DNA of 37,945 nucleotides from Reclinomonas americana ATCC 50394 (GCA_048213135.1 PS015084.1:61406-99350), one strand, 5' to 3'. Numbered from the stretch's first letter, positions 1 to 13,060 are shown. A program made the numbers and translations. Notes: a model not told the origin generated them from the letters alone.

Positions 1-529
1 GGGAAGGGGAAGGGAAAGGGGAAGGGGAGGGGGAGGGGGAGGGGGAAGGGGGAAGGGGGAAGGGGAAGGGAGGAGGCAAGGCAGGAAAATGAGGTGAAGC
101 AGAAGGTGAAGCAGAAGGTGGCGAAGGAGAAGGGGAAGGAGAAGGGGAAGGAGAAGGGGAAGGAGAAGGGGAAGGAGAAGGGGAAGAGGGAAGGGGAAGA
201 GGGAAGGGCAGGAGGTGAAGCAGTAGATGACGAAGCAGAAGGCGAGGCAGAAGGTGAAGCAGAGGGTGAAGCAGAGGGTGAAGCAGAAGGCGAGACGGAG
301 GGTGAAGCAGAGGGTGAAGCAGAAGGAAAAGCCGAAAGGAAGCAGAAGATGAAGCCGAAAGCGAAGGCGAAGGCGGCGAAGCAGAAGGCGAGGCAGAAGG
401 CAAAGCACAAGACGAAGCACAAGACGAAGGAGAAGGCGAAACAGAAAGGAGGCAGAAGGCGAAGCTGAAGGAAAACCAGAAAAAATGCAAAAGGCGAAGC
501 AGAAGGAAAGCAGAAGGAAAAGGAGAAAG

Positions 530-1033
530 CTATGCAGCAGAAGACGGGGCCTCATTCTGCGCAAGAAGTACCTCGGCCACTACGATGCACCGCCCATCGA
601 GCATGCTTCCGTGCAGCTCGCGCACCGCCGCGTCGGCTTCGTCCGGCGTCGTGAACTTGACGATTCTGCACGCGAGGTCAGCGCGAAAAAGACAGAGAGA
701 CAGAGGCAGACAGTGAGTGAGTGAGTGAGTCAGTGACGCACGCGTAACGCAAAGAGTTGCCTTGCTCGTCGCGTTTGAGAGATACTCGAACAACTGTTCC
801 GGTCTCTGTCATGAATGCATGTATGCATGCATGATGAGAAAGGGAAGAGAGTGAGGGGAGAGAGTGAGAGAGACGCAACGTTCCATGTGCTTTCGCAGTG
901 AGTGTTCATCGGTCTTGCCTGCACACACACGCGTGCAGTGAGCGCACGTGTGTTTGAGGAGATAGTGAGCGATCTCACCCGCGAGTTTGGCCACAAAGCA
1001 TCGTGTTGAGCGGAGAGCCTCTGATGTGTTGTC
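530..1033 (-). CDS. RRM (RNA recognition motif) protein, spliced; 5' end unresolved (may extend to ~1350-1450)
   Basis: Exons ~1033-979, 918-880, 805-742 and 665-530 join in frame to RCFVAKLAGKTDEHSLRKHMEQTGTVVRVSLKRDEQGNSLRYAIVKFTTPDEADAAVRELHGSMLDGRCIVV, with RNP2/RNP1-like motifs and a typical RRM end. Confidence 0.8.
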
Positions 1034-1684
1034 TGTGATGCTTGTCATGGCGTGCGCGTGTCGACGTTGAGTCAAAGATGTGGGCAGATTGGTGATTTCC
1101 GGCGAGAAAGAGAAAAGCTGTCGTGTTTGCACGTGTCCGGTTTTGTGGTGGGTTGTGCGACGGGTAAAGTGGCGTCGAGTGCGGGCGATAAAGGTGGTAG
1201 GAGGATGGCTGGAGAGGGGTGCCGGGGTTTGGCTTGAGGCGTCGTGAAACAAAAGCAGATTTCGATATCTCGACGTGCAATAGCAGTCTCACAGTTGGCG
1301 AAGTGGTCGGTTGCTTGACCGGACGTTTGGAAGAAGCGCTGGACTGCTCCACTGTCTCCCTCGATCGCTGCCTCTCACCACTTTACTGATGGTGATCACT
1401 GGTAGAAGTTTGTATGGATAAGTAATGTGGATCCATGGATCCACTCTCTTGGTCATGAAGCAGATGGTGCTGCAGGGCCGCACTGACTCCTCCACCCTCA
1501 GTCGACGTCGCTGTCTCTCTCCTACTGTATGTTTGCGTTCGTTTTGCTGATTCTAGATCTCTCGATCAATCTCCTCTGTCACTCTCACCCCTCTCTCTCT
1601 CTCTCTCTCTCTGACACACACCACAAGCAGTCCCTCGCCTCCAGCAGATTCAGAACGACTTCACTCTCGTTCTCTTCAACACGC

Positions 1685-3350
1685 TCAGTACGTGCACCCG
1701 TCGTGCTTTGTCGGCACCACCTTCGAGATGTTGATGTTCTGCGACTTGGCGTAATCCAGCAGCTTCTGCGTCACAGTCGGATCCAGCACCGGCTGGCGCG
1801 ACAGGATCCACAGTCCCTCGCTGACCTCGATGCCCAGCACCGACGAGCACGAGTAGACGAGCGAGTAGGTGGAGTAGTCGGTCTGTGTGAGGGGGGAGAA
1901 GAGAGGAGAAGAGAGAAGGTGAGAAGGGAAGGGAAGGGAAATGGGAGAGAAGAACGGAAGAGAAGAGGAGATGGAGGAGAGGAAAGGAGAGGAGAAAGAG
2001 AAGAGATGTAAAGAGAAAAGAAGAGCGAATGAAGAACATAGAAGAAAAGACAACAGACACGAAAGAGGAGAGAAGCATTGGGAGGAGAAATAGAGAAGAG
2101 AAGAGAGAAGACGAAAACAGAAGAGATGCGGAGTGAAGAGGGTAAAGAGGAGAAGAGAAGAAAGAAAAGCAGAAAGAGAAATGGAGAGGAGAAGAAATGA
2201 TCCGGATATCCGCAGAATAGATGAAGAAAACAAAAGAGAAGTGGAGAATGGAAAACAAAGGGAGAGAAGACAACAGCAGAAGGGGAGACAAGAAAGGGAC
2301 AGCTGTGGAGGAGAAAGAGAAGAAGAAGGACGAGAAGAGAGGAGAAGAGAAGAAAGGAAAGGAGAGAACAAGAGAGTAACGAGAAAAAGAGAAGAAGAAA
2401 AACAGACGAGAAGGGGAGAAGGAACAAGAAAGAGAAATGGAGAGGAGAGTAGACAACAGCAGCGGAGAGGAGAAGAGAAAGAAAAGGAGAAGAGCTGAGC
2501 GAGCAACGAGAAGAGAAGGGGAGAAGGGATACGTAAAGCAGAGGAGACGAGAGAAGACAACAGCAGCGGAGAGGAGAGGAGTGAGGAGTTGGGGGGAGAT
2601 AGATAAGACAACAATAGAGAAGAGGAGACGCATCTGTGAGAAGCGAACAGAAGATACTGTAAGGAGAGGAGAAGAGGAGGGAAGAGGTGAATGCAGACGG
2701 GAACGCCGCGCCTCGACCCCTCCCACTCACCATCAACACCCAGTACGGTCCGTAAGGCGCAAAACGGGAGAAACGCACAGCCAACTGTATGTACACTTGC
2801 ATGTTGAGCAGACACAGTCGCAAAAGAGTGCCAGGACATACACACAGACCTTGGCAGGCACATTGGGATCACGAATGACAGCCTCGCCCACAGCCACATT
2901 CATCGGCGATGTCGCCGAGTCCTTCCGATCGGAGTTCTCCACGCGCACATGCGTCGCTGCGCAAAAAAAAAAGAATAAGACGAAAGCAAGAAGAGGGAAA
3001 AGAGTAAGAGGTGTGTTAACGCACCATCAATCAGCGTGTAATTCGCGCGCACACAGAAGGCATTGGCGTCCTCAAAGGTGAACGGAATGTGCGCCTGATC
3101 GTACCTGCAAATGACACGCGAGTGAGACACTCACACGCACAGAGCAACTCTCTCTCTTTCTCACTCACCAAATGCCGAGGTACTGTTGCACGAGAAAGTC
3201 ACTCTGCACAGGCGGGTTGGCGCAGCTGGCCAGCAGGCGACGTGCGCTCACTGGCTCCGTGGCATGCTCCATGTCCAGTGGAGAGGAGGAGGCGCATGCC
3301 AGTGTGATGCAGAGAGCGAGGGTGACAAGGAGGAGACCTGCGCTCGACAT
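1685..3350 (-). CDS. Secreted lipocalin (ApoD/Blc-like), 5 exons
   Basis: Exons 3350-3169, 3104-3025, 2956-2850, 2784-2731 and 1882-1685, all GT-AG and in phase. Signal peptide MSSAGLLLVTLALC; lipocalin SCR motifs YLGIWY, YWVLMTDY and WILSR; terminal Cys. Confidence 0.92.
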
Positions 3351-5324
3351 GACGAGAAAAAAGACAGGTGTCTGAAAGTTTTTGGACGCGCGGAGCTTGG
3401 CGACTGATGCAATGGCGGTGGGTGGAAGGACGTGGGAAAGGCGTGCGGAGAGTAGGCAGGGAAAGGAGTGCAGTGTCTGCGACGCAAGGCGAGAGCAGAG
3501 AGAGAAGAAATTCGAATGAATCTGCGAAATATTCTTTGGCGGCGTACATAAGGCGAGTACGTATACGTACACATGCCAGCGCAGCGGGTATGTGGATCCG
3601 GACTGTAGAGAGTGCCACGTTAGTGACGGTGCTGTTCAGCGGTGGACTGGTGGTGGCAGTAGAGGACACTACAATTGGTTGTCGAGACTGATAAGTGTGG
3701 AGCAAGCTCAAATACGGAACTCTCTCCAAACGTAGTCAGGAGAGCGCTGCGGTACACTCATGCAGATATATCGACGATATCGATGTGAAATTTTGGTCCA
3801 AAAAAGGGTCCTGGCATACCACCAGTTTCTGCATCTGCGAGACAACAGAAGCAAGGTAAAGCGCTGCTCGTGCACAAATGCCACGAGAAGATCGGGCGTA
3901 CCAGGCGTAACCGTACAATTAACTAGAACAGACACGTGCACGCGCACGCTGCGCTGCGATATCGATGCGAGTCGCGCGCTGCGCGAGTCCGGGGGTGCTA
4001 TTTGCAGACTGCGCGTGGCACTGAGCGGTTCATTTGGCTTGCCCGTCAGCTTCATTGCGCCAGCTGCGCATGCTGGTTCGCTGGGTTTCTACATCTAGGA
4101 CCTGACATGTGATGCATGTGCACACATGGGAGAGATCACAAGGCATTGCACATGCATATGTGCATGCAATTCTAAATCTGCCATGTCGATCATCTGCATG
4201 TCCTTTCACCTCCGGATCGCACGTGTCGATGCAAGTAATAATAGAAACTTCACTGATGCCCATTGTGTATGCATATATACGCGTACGGGTCAGTGATGAT
4301 TCAATTCCTTTCACCTCTGGTGTGAGCAGAAAATGGGTGGCATCTTGTTTTGTCTCAAAAAGGCTGGAAAGGTGGCTGCCAAGGTTTTCCCGGGTGTTGC
4401 AGTGGCGACTTACGTGGTGGGCGGTGCCATGGTGGTGGCTGGTTTGGGAACCGGAAATCCGGGACTCATTTTGGCTGGTGCCGAGGTCCTGCTTCCATTT
4501 TGACCGACCTTGCAAAGTGAGTCTCTCGGTCTCCTGGGGCCGCCAATGTTGCCTTCCGCTGACCCGAAGTTCTCTCTGTTCTGCTGCTTCACAGGTTGCA
4601 ATTGCTCTTGCCTGCGTCAATATCTCCCTCTAATTATTTTTGCAACTGTGTCCTTGTATCTTGACCACGTCTCTCGCTGGTTTCAATGCTGCGCACGCAA
4701 GTTCATGCTATTGTTTGTGTCCGCATTCGTTTGGAGTGAGACCCTCCACGCACGACAGAGGAAGGAGAACTGTCGACGAATAAAACGGAGCCTGCTTGGG
4801 GCTTGCCTTGACATTTGTCGCATTATTGGAATTAATCCGGAATATTTAAAGCCGTGGTTCTCTTGCAGAAACGCCAGCATTAGCCATCTCGACCTTTTCT
4901 CGCTTTTTCCGTGATGTCTGAGTTTCTGGTACTCTCTCAAGATGGTGATCTGTTGCTGTTTGGATTAGTTAAGTTGTTGTTGTTGTCAAAAATTTAAAAC
5001 GAACACCGGTACCATTGCAATGTGAGTTTGTTGTTGGGTTTCGATCCGGAGGCCAGACCGTCGTCGCGTGAGGATGCACATGCAGTGCAACTTGCAATTC
5101 CTTTTTCTTCTTCGCAAGTGACGCGCCTCTGCCCGGATCCGGCTCGCCGAAGTCGACGTCGGAATAACTGAATCTTTCGTTCCTGCACTGGTCGGCAGCG
5201 CATTGACAGTGTAAAGGCAGCGCACATCGCATGCAGGTCTCTCTCAGTGCACAATCACGCTACACACATGGAGTTGTCCCGCAACAAAAAGTGATTCTGT
5301 TGTTTGTGTATTTTTTAGCGCGCA

Positions 5325-5488
5325 ATGGGCGCTGGGGCGGTGGGAGGCACTGCCGATCGCGACCTTGGCAGCGATGCAGTGTATCTTCGTCACCCAGGTT
5401 CTGTCCTCGATTGCGCTGCGTCGCCACTCACTCCCGGAGTGCCGCAGGTTCGTTGTCCGATCACATTTNNNNNNNNNNNNNNNNNNNN

Positions 5489-5582
<94 letters not shown>

Positions 5583-8237
5583 TCTCAGTCTCTCTCTCTC
5601 TCTCTCACGTACACACGCACAACCACACGCACACCGAGGAAGAAGCGAGAGAGGAGAAGGGAGAGATTGATCGAGAAAGAAAACAGCAAGACGAAATGCA
5701 AGCAAAGGTGACGGAGAGAGAGGGAGAGAGAAGGAGAGAGAGAGAGAGAGAGAGCTCCGCGTCTATCCTTCTCCCTCCTTCTCCTTTCTTCTCCTTCCCT
5801 CTCTCCCTCTCTCCCTTCTCCCTCCCCCTCCCCCTCACTCCCCCTTCTCTCTCCCACAGATGGTGGCCACCACCTGCACCGACCGCGCAGTCCGCATCTT
5901 CTCCGCCGACCTGGGCCGCCTGCTGTGCACCCTGAATGGCCACCGCACTCGTCCCACCTGCGTGGCCTTTTCTCCAACCGACGCCTCCATTCTGGTCTCC
6001 GGCGACGCCGACGGTCACCTAATCGTGTGGAGCCTGCAGGTGCTGTCTACGCAGTTGCGTCGGCGACGATGGAGTGGCAGTGGTGGACGACGAGAGTGGC
6101 AGGTGCAGTCGCGAACAACACACGAGTGCGATCCTGTGAGCGCTGTGGCGGTGTCGCACAGCAATCGCTACGTGGTCAGTGTGACCGAGGAAGGCACGCT
6201 GGAGGTGTGGCTGATGGCCGGCGGCGAGTTGCTGCGTGGCACACGAATCAAGAAGACGGTGGGCTTGCGGTTGCACTCGCTGCGGCCGCGGGTGATGTTT
6301 GCGCCGAGGGATGAGTTTGTGGTCACCAGCTACGAGCTCGGTCACGAGTACGGCGACGCGCAAGTGTGTTGGTGGGAGGTGGACACGTTGAAGCGGGTGC
6401 GGCGCACCGTCGCCAGTGCGCGCCGGGGTAGAGTTGGTGCGATTGTGGTGTCGGCGGACTGTGCGATCATGGCGGCGGCGTATGATGAGAGGATCGCCCT
6501 GCATTGGTTGAGTAGCGGCGGCAGTGGCGGCGGCGGGGATGAGGACCAGCGCAAGCAGCGAAAGTTGAGGGGGCACACAAAGCATGTTAATGTGATGGTG
6601 TTTACGGAGGATGCGCGGTTTTTGGTCAGTGGGGGGAAAGGTGAGCTGAGAGAGTGGGTGGGGGGGAGAGAGGGTGGGAGGGAGAAGGTGGGAGAGGGAG
6701 GGAGTGGATTGGAGGGAGAGAGAGGGAGAGAGAGGAGGGGGAGAGGGTGGGAGAGGGTGGGAGGGAGGGAGAGAGGGAGGGAGAAGGAGAGGGAGAGAGA
6801 GTGAGAGAACAGTTGCGTGGTATCTGGTCAGTGGGGCGGAAGGTGCACTGGTGGTGGAAGTTGTGACGAGAGAGATTTTCCTCGTTGTAGTGCGAGAGAG
6901 AGAGAGACAGTGAGTGAGAGACAGTGAGAGAGAGAGAAAGAATATGTGTGTGGTTTCTGGTTAGTGGGGCGGAAGGTGCACTGGAGGTGGAGGTGGTGAA
7001 GAGAGAGATTTTCCTCGTAGTAGTGAGAGAAAGAGACAGTGAGTGTGAGAGAGAGAGAGAGAACATGTGCGTAGTTTTTGGTCAGTGAGGCGGAAGGTAA
7101 GCTGGAGGTGGAGGAGGTGGCGAGAGGCTTTCTCGTAGTAGTGAGAGAGAGAGAGAGACAGTTGTGTGTGCCTCTCTTCTCTGTATTGATGGAGAGCAGC
7201 GGTGTAATCTGCGCCTGCAACGACCTCTTTATTAATTCTGTTTACCGTTTGATCAGCGTTTTTCATTGTACTGCGTGTCGATGTGTGGGGCACATGTGTG
7301 TGGTTAGCTGTGTGCGGTGGAGAAAAGTTGGTTGGGAAGAGCAGTGGCGTGCGTGTATGTGTTTCTTCTCAAATGACCTTTCTCCCATGACTGAGGATGA
7401 CTTTCTCCTTTTTTTCCTTCTACTTTTGGACGCTCCTCCCCGCACACTGCACTACCCGCGTGTGTTACCTCGCACACCACGAGTGTGCCTGTCTGTTTAT
7501 CCGTCTTGATGTCTTCTCAAACCACTCCCTATTTCTTCACATGATCTTACTCTCTTGCTTTTGGTGGACGAAGGATTACTCTCTCGCAGGTTGAACCACT
7601 CGCGTGTGGTACCTCGCACACCCCGACTGCGTCTGTCTGTCTGTCTATCTGTCTAGCTCTTCCTCACTGTCTCTTTCTCTCTCTGTTTGCCTCTCTCCGT
7701 CTGTGACTGTCTCTCTCTCCTTTTTTGTCTCCCTCTCTGTCTGTCTGCACATCCGGCTTCTTCTTCGTCACATGACTTTGTTCTCGCCCCCCCCCCCCCC
7801 CTCTCCCTTTGTTTTCCCCGCTGCTCCCCGCAGACTGCACCACCCGCGTGTGGTACCTCGCACACCACGAGTGCATCGCCGTCTTCACTGGCCACACGAC
7901 GCCGGTGACCTCCTTGGCCTTGTGTGGCGACGGCCGCATTGTGTGCGCCACCGAGAGTCGCACGTCCTCGGTGTGGCAGTCCGGTGCGTTTTCATGCAAG
8001 CCGGAGCGAGTTGAATACCTCCTCATCAGTCGCGCTACAGGTCCGTGGAACGTCGTTTGGTGCTACCAGCGGGAGGTGTGCGCGGTGGTGCAGTCGCAGC
8101 GATGGTTGCGTGAAATGGCAATGTACAGGCGGGGTACGAGTGAACCGCTGCCGCTGCTGGTGTTGCGGTGCTTTATCGAGGAGGATGCGAGGGTGAGGTT
8201 GTGGAGATTTGCGGTTGGTTGGAGCGGGAGTGAGTGA
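5325..8237 (+). CDS. WD40-repeat protein, ~435 aa, 3 exons
   Basis: Exons 5325-5447, 5860-6640 and 7834-8237 are phase-compatible. GH..W repeats: LNGHRTRPTCVAFSP..LVSGDADGHLIVW, LRGHTKHVNVMVFTEDARFLVSGGKDCTTRVW, FTGHTTPVTSLAL. Intron 1 contains an N gap. Confidence 0.85.
6611..7110 (+). repeat. Degenerate tandem copies of the WD40 exon-2 end and donor site
   Basis: TGGTCAGTGGGG(G/C)G(A/G)AAGGT recurs at ~6623 (true junction), ~6825, ~6958 and ~7079; the intronic copies have ~120-135 bp spacing and similar GA-rich spacers. Confidence 0.8.
7440..7876 (+). repeat. Degenerate tandem copies of the WD40 acceptor and exon-3 start
   Basis: CGCA(G/C)..CAC(C/T)..CGCGTGTG(G/T)TACCTCGCACACC(A/C)CGA at ~7441, ~7585 and ~7829 (true junction). 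Confidence 0.8.
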
Positions 8238-8398
8238 GAGGTGAGTGTGGGGAGGGGGAGGGGAGGGGCAATGATTGTCTGTTCATGTTGTTGCACTTTT
8301 CGGTTATGCAGTCATTCATCGGGGTTCACTGGTGTGTGTACGCATTATTACTTGACACACACACAGATGGCGTGAGATAAAGGAATTCGACGAAGTCA

Positions 8399-9258
8399 CT
8401 AAACTTCCTGGCCCCCCGACGCCGCGGCTGTCGGTGGCATCGACACACTTGTGGGAGGAGGAGTCGGTTGCGGTCTGTTGGTGCCGAATGCCATCCTGAC
8501 GCCGCTCTCGACATTTGGGTCACCTCCGTCGCCAACTTCGTCGAAGCAGCCGGCTGTGATTGAGGTACTTGTGAGTTGACGGGCGGAGCACACTGCAGAG
8601 GCGACTGAAAGCGGTGTTGTACGTACCGCAGTTCATGGTGCTGACGACAAAGTCCAACACCGACGCGGCAATCTGCAAGCCGACGTTGATCCACGACAGC
8701 ACCACCACAATGTGCTCCTTGGAGGCGGCATCTTGGTTGATTCCGAGAGCGCCGGACTTGAACAGGGCAAGCAGCGACGACACTGCGTGCAGTGTGTTCC
8801 AGATGGTTTGCAGAACCGGTGGCCAGTTGTGAATGTTGAGCGGAGTTCGATTGCGGTCATCGCCCATGCCGTTGACGTCGCCGGGTGCGGGGGCGACGGC
8901 TCTGCGGTTTGGTGCCGCGGCAGCAGGAGCATCGCTCGCATTCGCCTTGCCCATGACGATGTTGTCGAGAGGACCGGCAATGAGCGCCGGTAATGCCACG
9001 GAGAACTGGGCGACTACCGCCGAGAAGGTTGTGTCGCCTGGGAAGGCCAGATTGAGCACGTTGACCACGATGGTGGCGATGTAGCCAATGTAGTAGCTCA
9101 CAGTGCCACCGCTGATGCGGTTGCAGCCGCTGCACTTGGCCTGCATGATTTGATTCACACGCACACACACACACACAGTGAGTGAATGCAGTCACAGAAC
9201 CGAACCGAACATACATGGTGTGCTTGTGTGCTCTCCAAACCTTGCTGGTTCCTGCCAT
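8399..9258 (-). CDS. Orphan small multipass membrane protein, paralog A (~228 aa)
   Basis: Exons 9258-9241, 9140-8627 and 8553-8399. Several hydrophobic helices; clear similarity to paralog B with identical intron positions. Confidence 0.8.
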
Positions 9259-9786
9259 GGTGGTCTCTGCGTTCTCGAGTGGGATAATAGATGAGGTTGA
9301 ACGATGACAGGTTAATGTCGGATTTTGACGAGCTGGCGTGGCGTCGCACCGGCTCTCTCCGATTGATTTTGAACGTGCGCCGGCATCCCCGATGTGGACC
9401 CATGTCAAATTCAAACATGACGACCAGCTGGTCACTGTGAAGATGAGAATGGTGAGCTTGGGGAGAGAAAAACGAGAGAAAGAGAGAGAGAGAGACAGAG
9501 AATCGCCGTTTCAGCCGCGGACAAACCCGGCACCACAAAAGCCGTGTTCGGTGATAGCCATTTTTCTGTTGTTGTTGATCGCGACTTTCACTAAAGTGAG
9601 TTCAACAGGAGATCCGAGGTACAGCGGTAGCGAGAGAGGATAGGAAAAAGATACCAGAGAATGCCAGGCAAAGGGCAGTGTGCAGATTAATTATGGTGAC
9701 CGCGCCAATTCGCAGCGTTCTCCAGACTCAGCGGGTAACTGGCTTACGGCGCCGCTCCATGAGGCAGAATGTGAGCAGGTCCCCCA

Positions 9787-10758
9787 TCATTCAGTTCCTG
9801 ACGCACCAGAGTTGCGCTGGCGAGGTTGCCCACTGGCGCCTCTGCTCCCTCCGCCGTGTGCGGCTGCAGGTTCACCACTTTGCCCGACACCATCACGAGC
9901 GGCATCGCCTTCTCTTTCCCCACCGTCGTTCCCTCCGGATCCACCACTTGCACCGCTTCCATCGTCATCGCCCGCGGCATTACCTTGGCTACCCTGGACA
10001 TTGCCAGCAGGTGCGGTACCGCCTCTGTCGGCATTGCGATCACCCCTGTCGTCGCCATCGTCGAAACAACCGGCTGGGCGTAGCACAAGTGAGGAACAAC
10101 AGCTGTCATGGACGGGAATAACACAATGCTCCACGCACCACAGGCCATGATGCTGACGACAACATCCAAGATAAACGCTGCCACCTGCAAGCCGACGCTG
10201 ACCCACGACAGCATCACCACAATGTGTTCACGAGTGGCGGCATCCTGACTCATTCCGAGTGTGCCGGACTTGAAAAGGGCGAGCAGTGACGACGATCCGT
10301 GCAGTGCATTCCAGGTTGCTTGCAGCACGGGAGGCCAGTCGTGAATGGTGAGTGGAGTTCGACGGCGATCGGCGGCATTCATGTCTGCAACAGCTGCCTT
10401 GCCTGCACTCATCTTACCCATGACGATGTTGTCGAGAGGGCCGGCGGTGAGTGCCGGCAATGCCACGGAGAACTGTGCAGTGAGGACGGAGATTGTCGTG
10501 TCGTTGGGGTAGGTGAGATTGAGCATGTTGACCACGATGGTGGCGATGTAGCTGAGGTAGTAGCTCACGGCGCCGCCACTGATGCGGTTGCACCAGCTGC
10601 ATTTGCCCTGTGTGGTGACAAGCGCACACACACGCAGAGAGAGAGAGAGAGGAGGAAGGGAGAGCCGAACGGAACCGAACACACAGCAATCGATCGTCAA
10701 CGGAGTGTGTGAGCGTGTGTGCACACACGAAACTCCCCACCTTGCGAGTTCCCACCAT
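9787..10758 (-). CDS. Orphan small multipass membrane protein, paralog B (~257 aa)
   Basis: Exons 10758-10741, 10607-10139 and 10073-9787. Shares KCSxCNRISGG, AQFSVALPALxAGPLDNIVMGK, WPPVLQ, SSLLALFKSG and CAGCFD with paralog A; G/D-rich tail. Confidence 0.8.
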
Positions 10759-11529
10759 GGATGCCTAGTGTGCTTCCGAGTGGCGGGGGGAAAAGCGACT
10801 TCCCTTCCGACTTACGTATATATGTCACTGGAGGACACGCTGCTCTCTTGTGTCCTCTCTTTGGAGTCTGTCTTCTTTCGTTGTCGCCACCGCTCTGGCT
10901 ACAAGGATAGTCTCTCGACCTACAAGTCGGCGCCAACGACAAGTACCTCGCGATCGAAACGATGCACTCCATCACCTGCAGTTCATGTGGAGGGTGGATG
11001 GCGGACAGTGTCGTCACCGCCGGATTGGAGGGAGAAGTGGGTGTGCGATACACGGAGAGAGGCAATGAGGGGAGAGAGAGAGAGAGAAACAGGCAGGCAG
11101 GCATGCAGGCAGTGACACACCACACAGCATGCGTGAAGACTTCCCCATTTCCTCTGCCTGTTCTTCTTCTCCGTTCCCCTTGGCCGTTTCGTGCGTGTTG
11201 TTTATATCAGTGATGCACTGCGACGAGGGGTACCGAGAGCTGACAAGAGACCACCGCTGCGTCGCATGTCGTCGATGGACGATGTGGGGGCGTTGGAATC
11301 GGGAGTTTTCAGTTGCAGGTTCTGGCATCGATGCGTCGCTGCGTGGTGCAGGTGAGCTTGTTTTGTGAGGCAGTTGGGGTGGAGGTGGTAGAGGGCTTAT
11401 TTTGGAAAATGCAGCTGTGCCGCCGAGGTTGCGAAGACGGCAGAGCGTTTGGGTGGGTGAGAGGAGTGATGTGCAGCAGAGTGGTGAGGAGTGAGACAGA
11501 AAGGAGGAAAGGGACACATACTGTGGCAA

Positions 11530-11571
<42 letters not shown>

Positions 11572-12621
11572 AGTCCCTTCTCTCACTCTCCTTTGGTGCA
11601 TGTCTCTTGCAGTTTCACTGCTGCGTGCTGTTTCGTTCTGCATGATTCGCTGACTAGGCTGCCTCTTTCGTCTTCAGTTGACTCTGGCTCAATTCAAGCT
11701 ACTTCTCCCTCTCATCCTCTACCTCTTCCCTCTCATCCTACCTCTTCCCTCTCCTTGTTTCCTCCTCCCTCTTCCCTCCTCTCCTCTCCTCTGCCTCTCC
11801 TCTCCTCTCCTCTCTTCTCCTCTCCTCTCCTCTCNNNNNNNNNNNNNNNNNNNNNNNNNNNNNNNNNNNNNNNNNNNNNNNNNNNNNNNNNNNNNNNNNN
11901 NNNNNNNNNNNNNNNNNNNNNNNNNNNNNNNNNNNNNNNNNNNNNNNNNNNNNNNNNNNNNNNNNNNNNNNNNNNNNNNNNNNNNNNNNNNNNNNNNNNN
12001 NNNNNNNNNNNNNNNNNNNNNNNNNNNNNNNNNNNNNNNNNNNNNNNNNNNNNCTCCTCTCCTCCCTCACCCTTTCCCGTTCCCTTCCTCACCCTTCCGT
12101 CTTGCGGTAGACACCATCGACGACGGCACCACTCGTCGCCCACGCCGGGTGAGTGCCAGCGACGCCGGCCACCAACGAGTGCCGCGGATGGAGATGGAGG
12201 CGGCCGCGGTGCCGCGACAGGCTGGTGGCTTTACCGGTCGTCTCCGGCCGACTGCTTCGAGTGGTCGACTGATGGCACCTGCGATGCGCGCCGCCAGCGA
12301 CATTGAAGGCGCGACGGGTTTCGGTGGGCAGGACGATGGCGCTGCGACGCGCAATAGGCACGACCGGCTGCGCAAGAGGCTGGCGGGAACCGGCAGTGCT
12401 GCTGCTGCCGGGGGGGGGGGGGGGTGGAGTTGTTGGAGTCGCGGTGTGGGGATAAGAGCAAGGGAACTCACTGGGCGATTGACGGGCAGAGGGCGGCATG
12501 TCGATACGGCCGTGAGCAGGATACCGTGTAGCGGTAAAGATGAAAACTAATGTTGGGAACTGCAGTCATCACCGTCATCATCAACAATCAAGACTGAATA
12601 CGTGAGCGTGTTGCCGCTCAC

Positions 12622-12720
12622 CTTGCCGTCGGCTCCGTTATTTCCCTTGTCGTCCTTGTCACCTTTCGGTCCAGCTGGTCCGTTGATGCCCTTGTCTTCC
12701 TTGTCGCCCTTGGCTCCGTT
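12622..12720 (-). pseudogene. Decayed collagen-like Gly-X-Y fragment
   Basis: GAK GDK EDK GIN GPA GPK GDK DDK GNN GAD GK; two Gly positions are replaced by E and D. Confidence 0.5.
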
Positions 12721-12892
12721 CTGCATCGCACCCCCGAATACCGCCCCACGACGATTGTAATGATGTTGATGATGGGGTAATCGTGGTGATGGAGGTGGCT
12801 GAGGTAGTAGAATTGCTGGTGATGGTAGTTGCGACGACGACGATGATGATGAGATGTGCCTGCGTGGGACGCTCGTGTACTTACCGTGGCAG

Positions 12893-13060
12893 TTAATGCA
12901 GCTCATCGGGGAGAACTTTGATCACACTCGAATTATCTTGACTCCCACTCACTACGTGCCCTCCGTCGCGAGTGATGGCGACCGAGGAAACCGCTTTATG
13001 TTTAATGTGCCCTCCCAGTCGTCGCACTTCTTCTCCACTCTTGCTCACTACTGCAGCCCA
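12893..13060 (-). pseudogene. Isolated WD40 repeat fragment
   Basis: SGEEVRRLGGHIKHKAVSSVAITRDGGHVVSGSQDNS matches one WD40 repeat but lacks the final VW and has no supporting neighbouring repeats. Confidence 0.55.

Noticed and set aside
94-468. K/E/G-rich ORF with 12-bp repeats
   Set aside because: Low-complexity purine repeat lacking stops by composition; GTG start and no domain.
1890-2730. Long S/L/F-rich 'membrane' ORFs in several frames
   Set aside because: Translation of the pyrimidine-rich lipocalin intron 4.
9744-10138. Extension of the paralog B ORF to 9744
   Set aside because: The spliced frame (CAGCFD) matches paralog A; the unspliced frame is probably incidental.
11200-12550. 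Possible plus-strand gene with an exon after the acceptor at ~12110
   Set aside because: No recognisable domain or start, and it is interrupted by a gap; not supportable.
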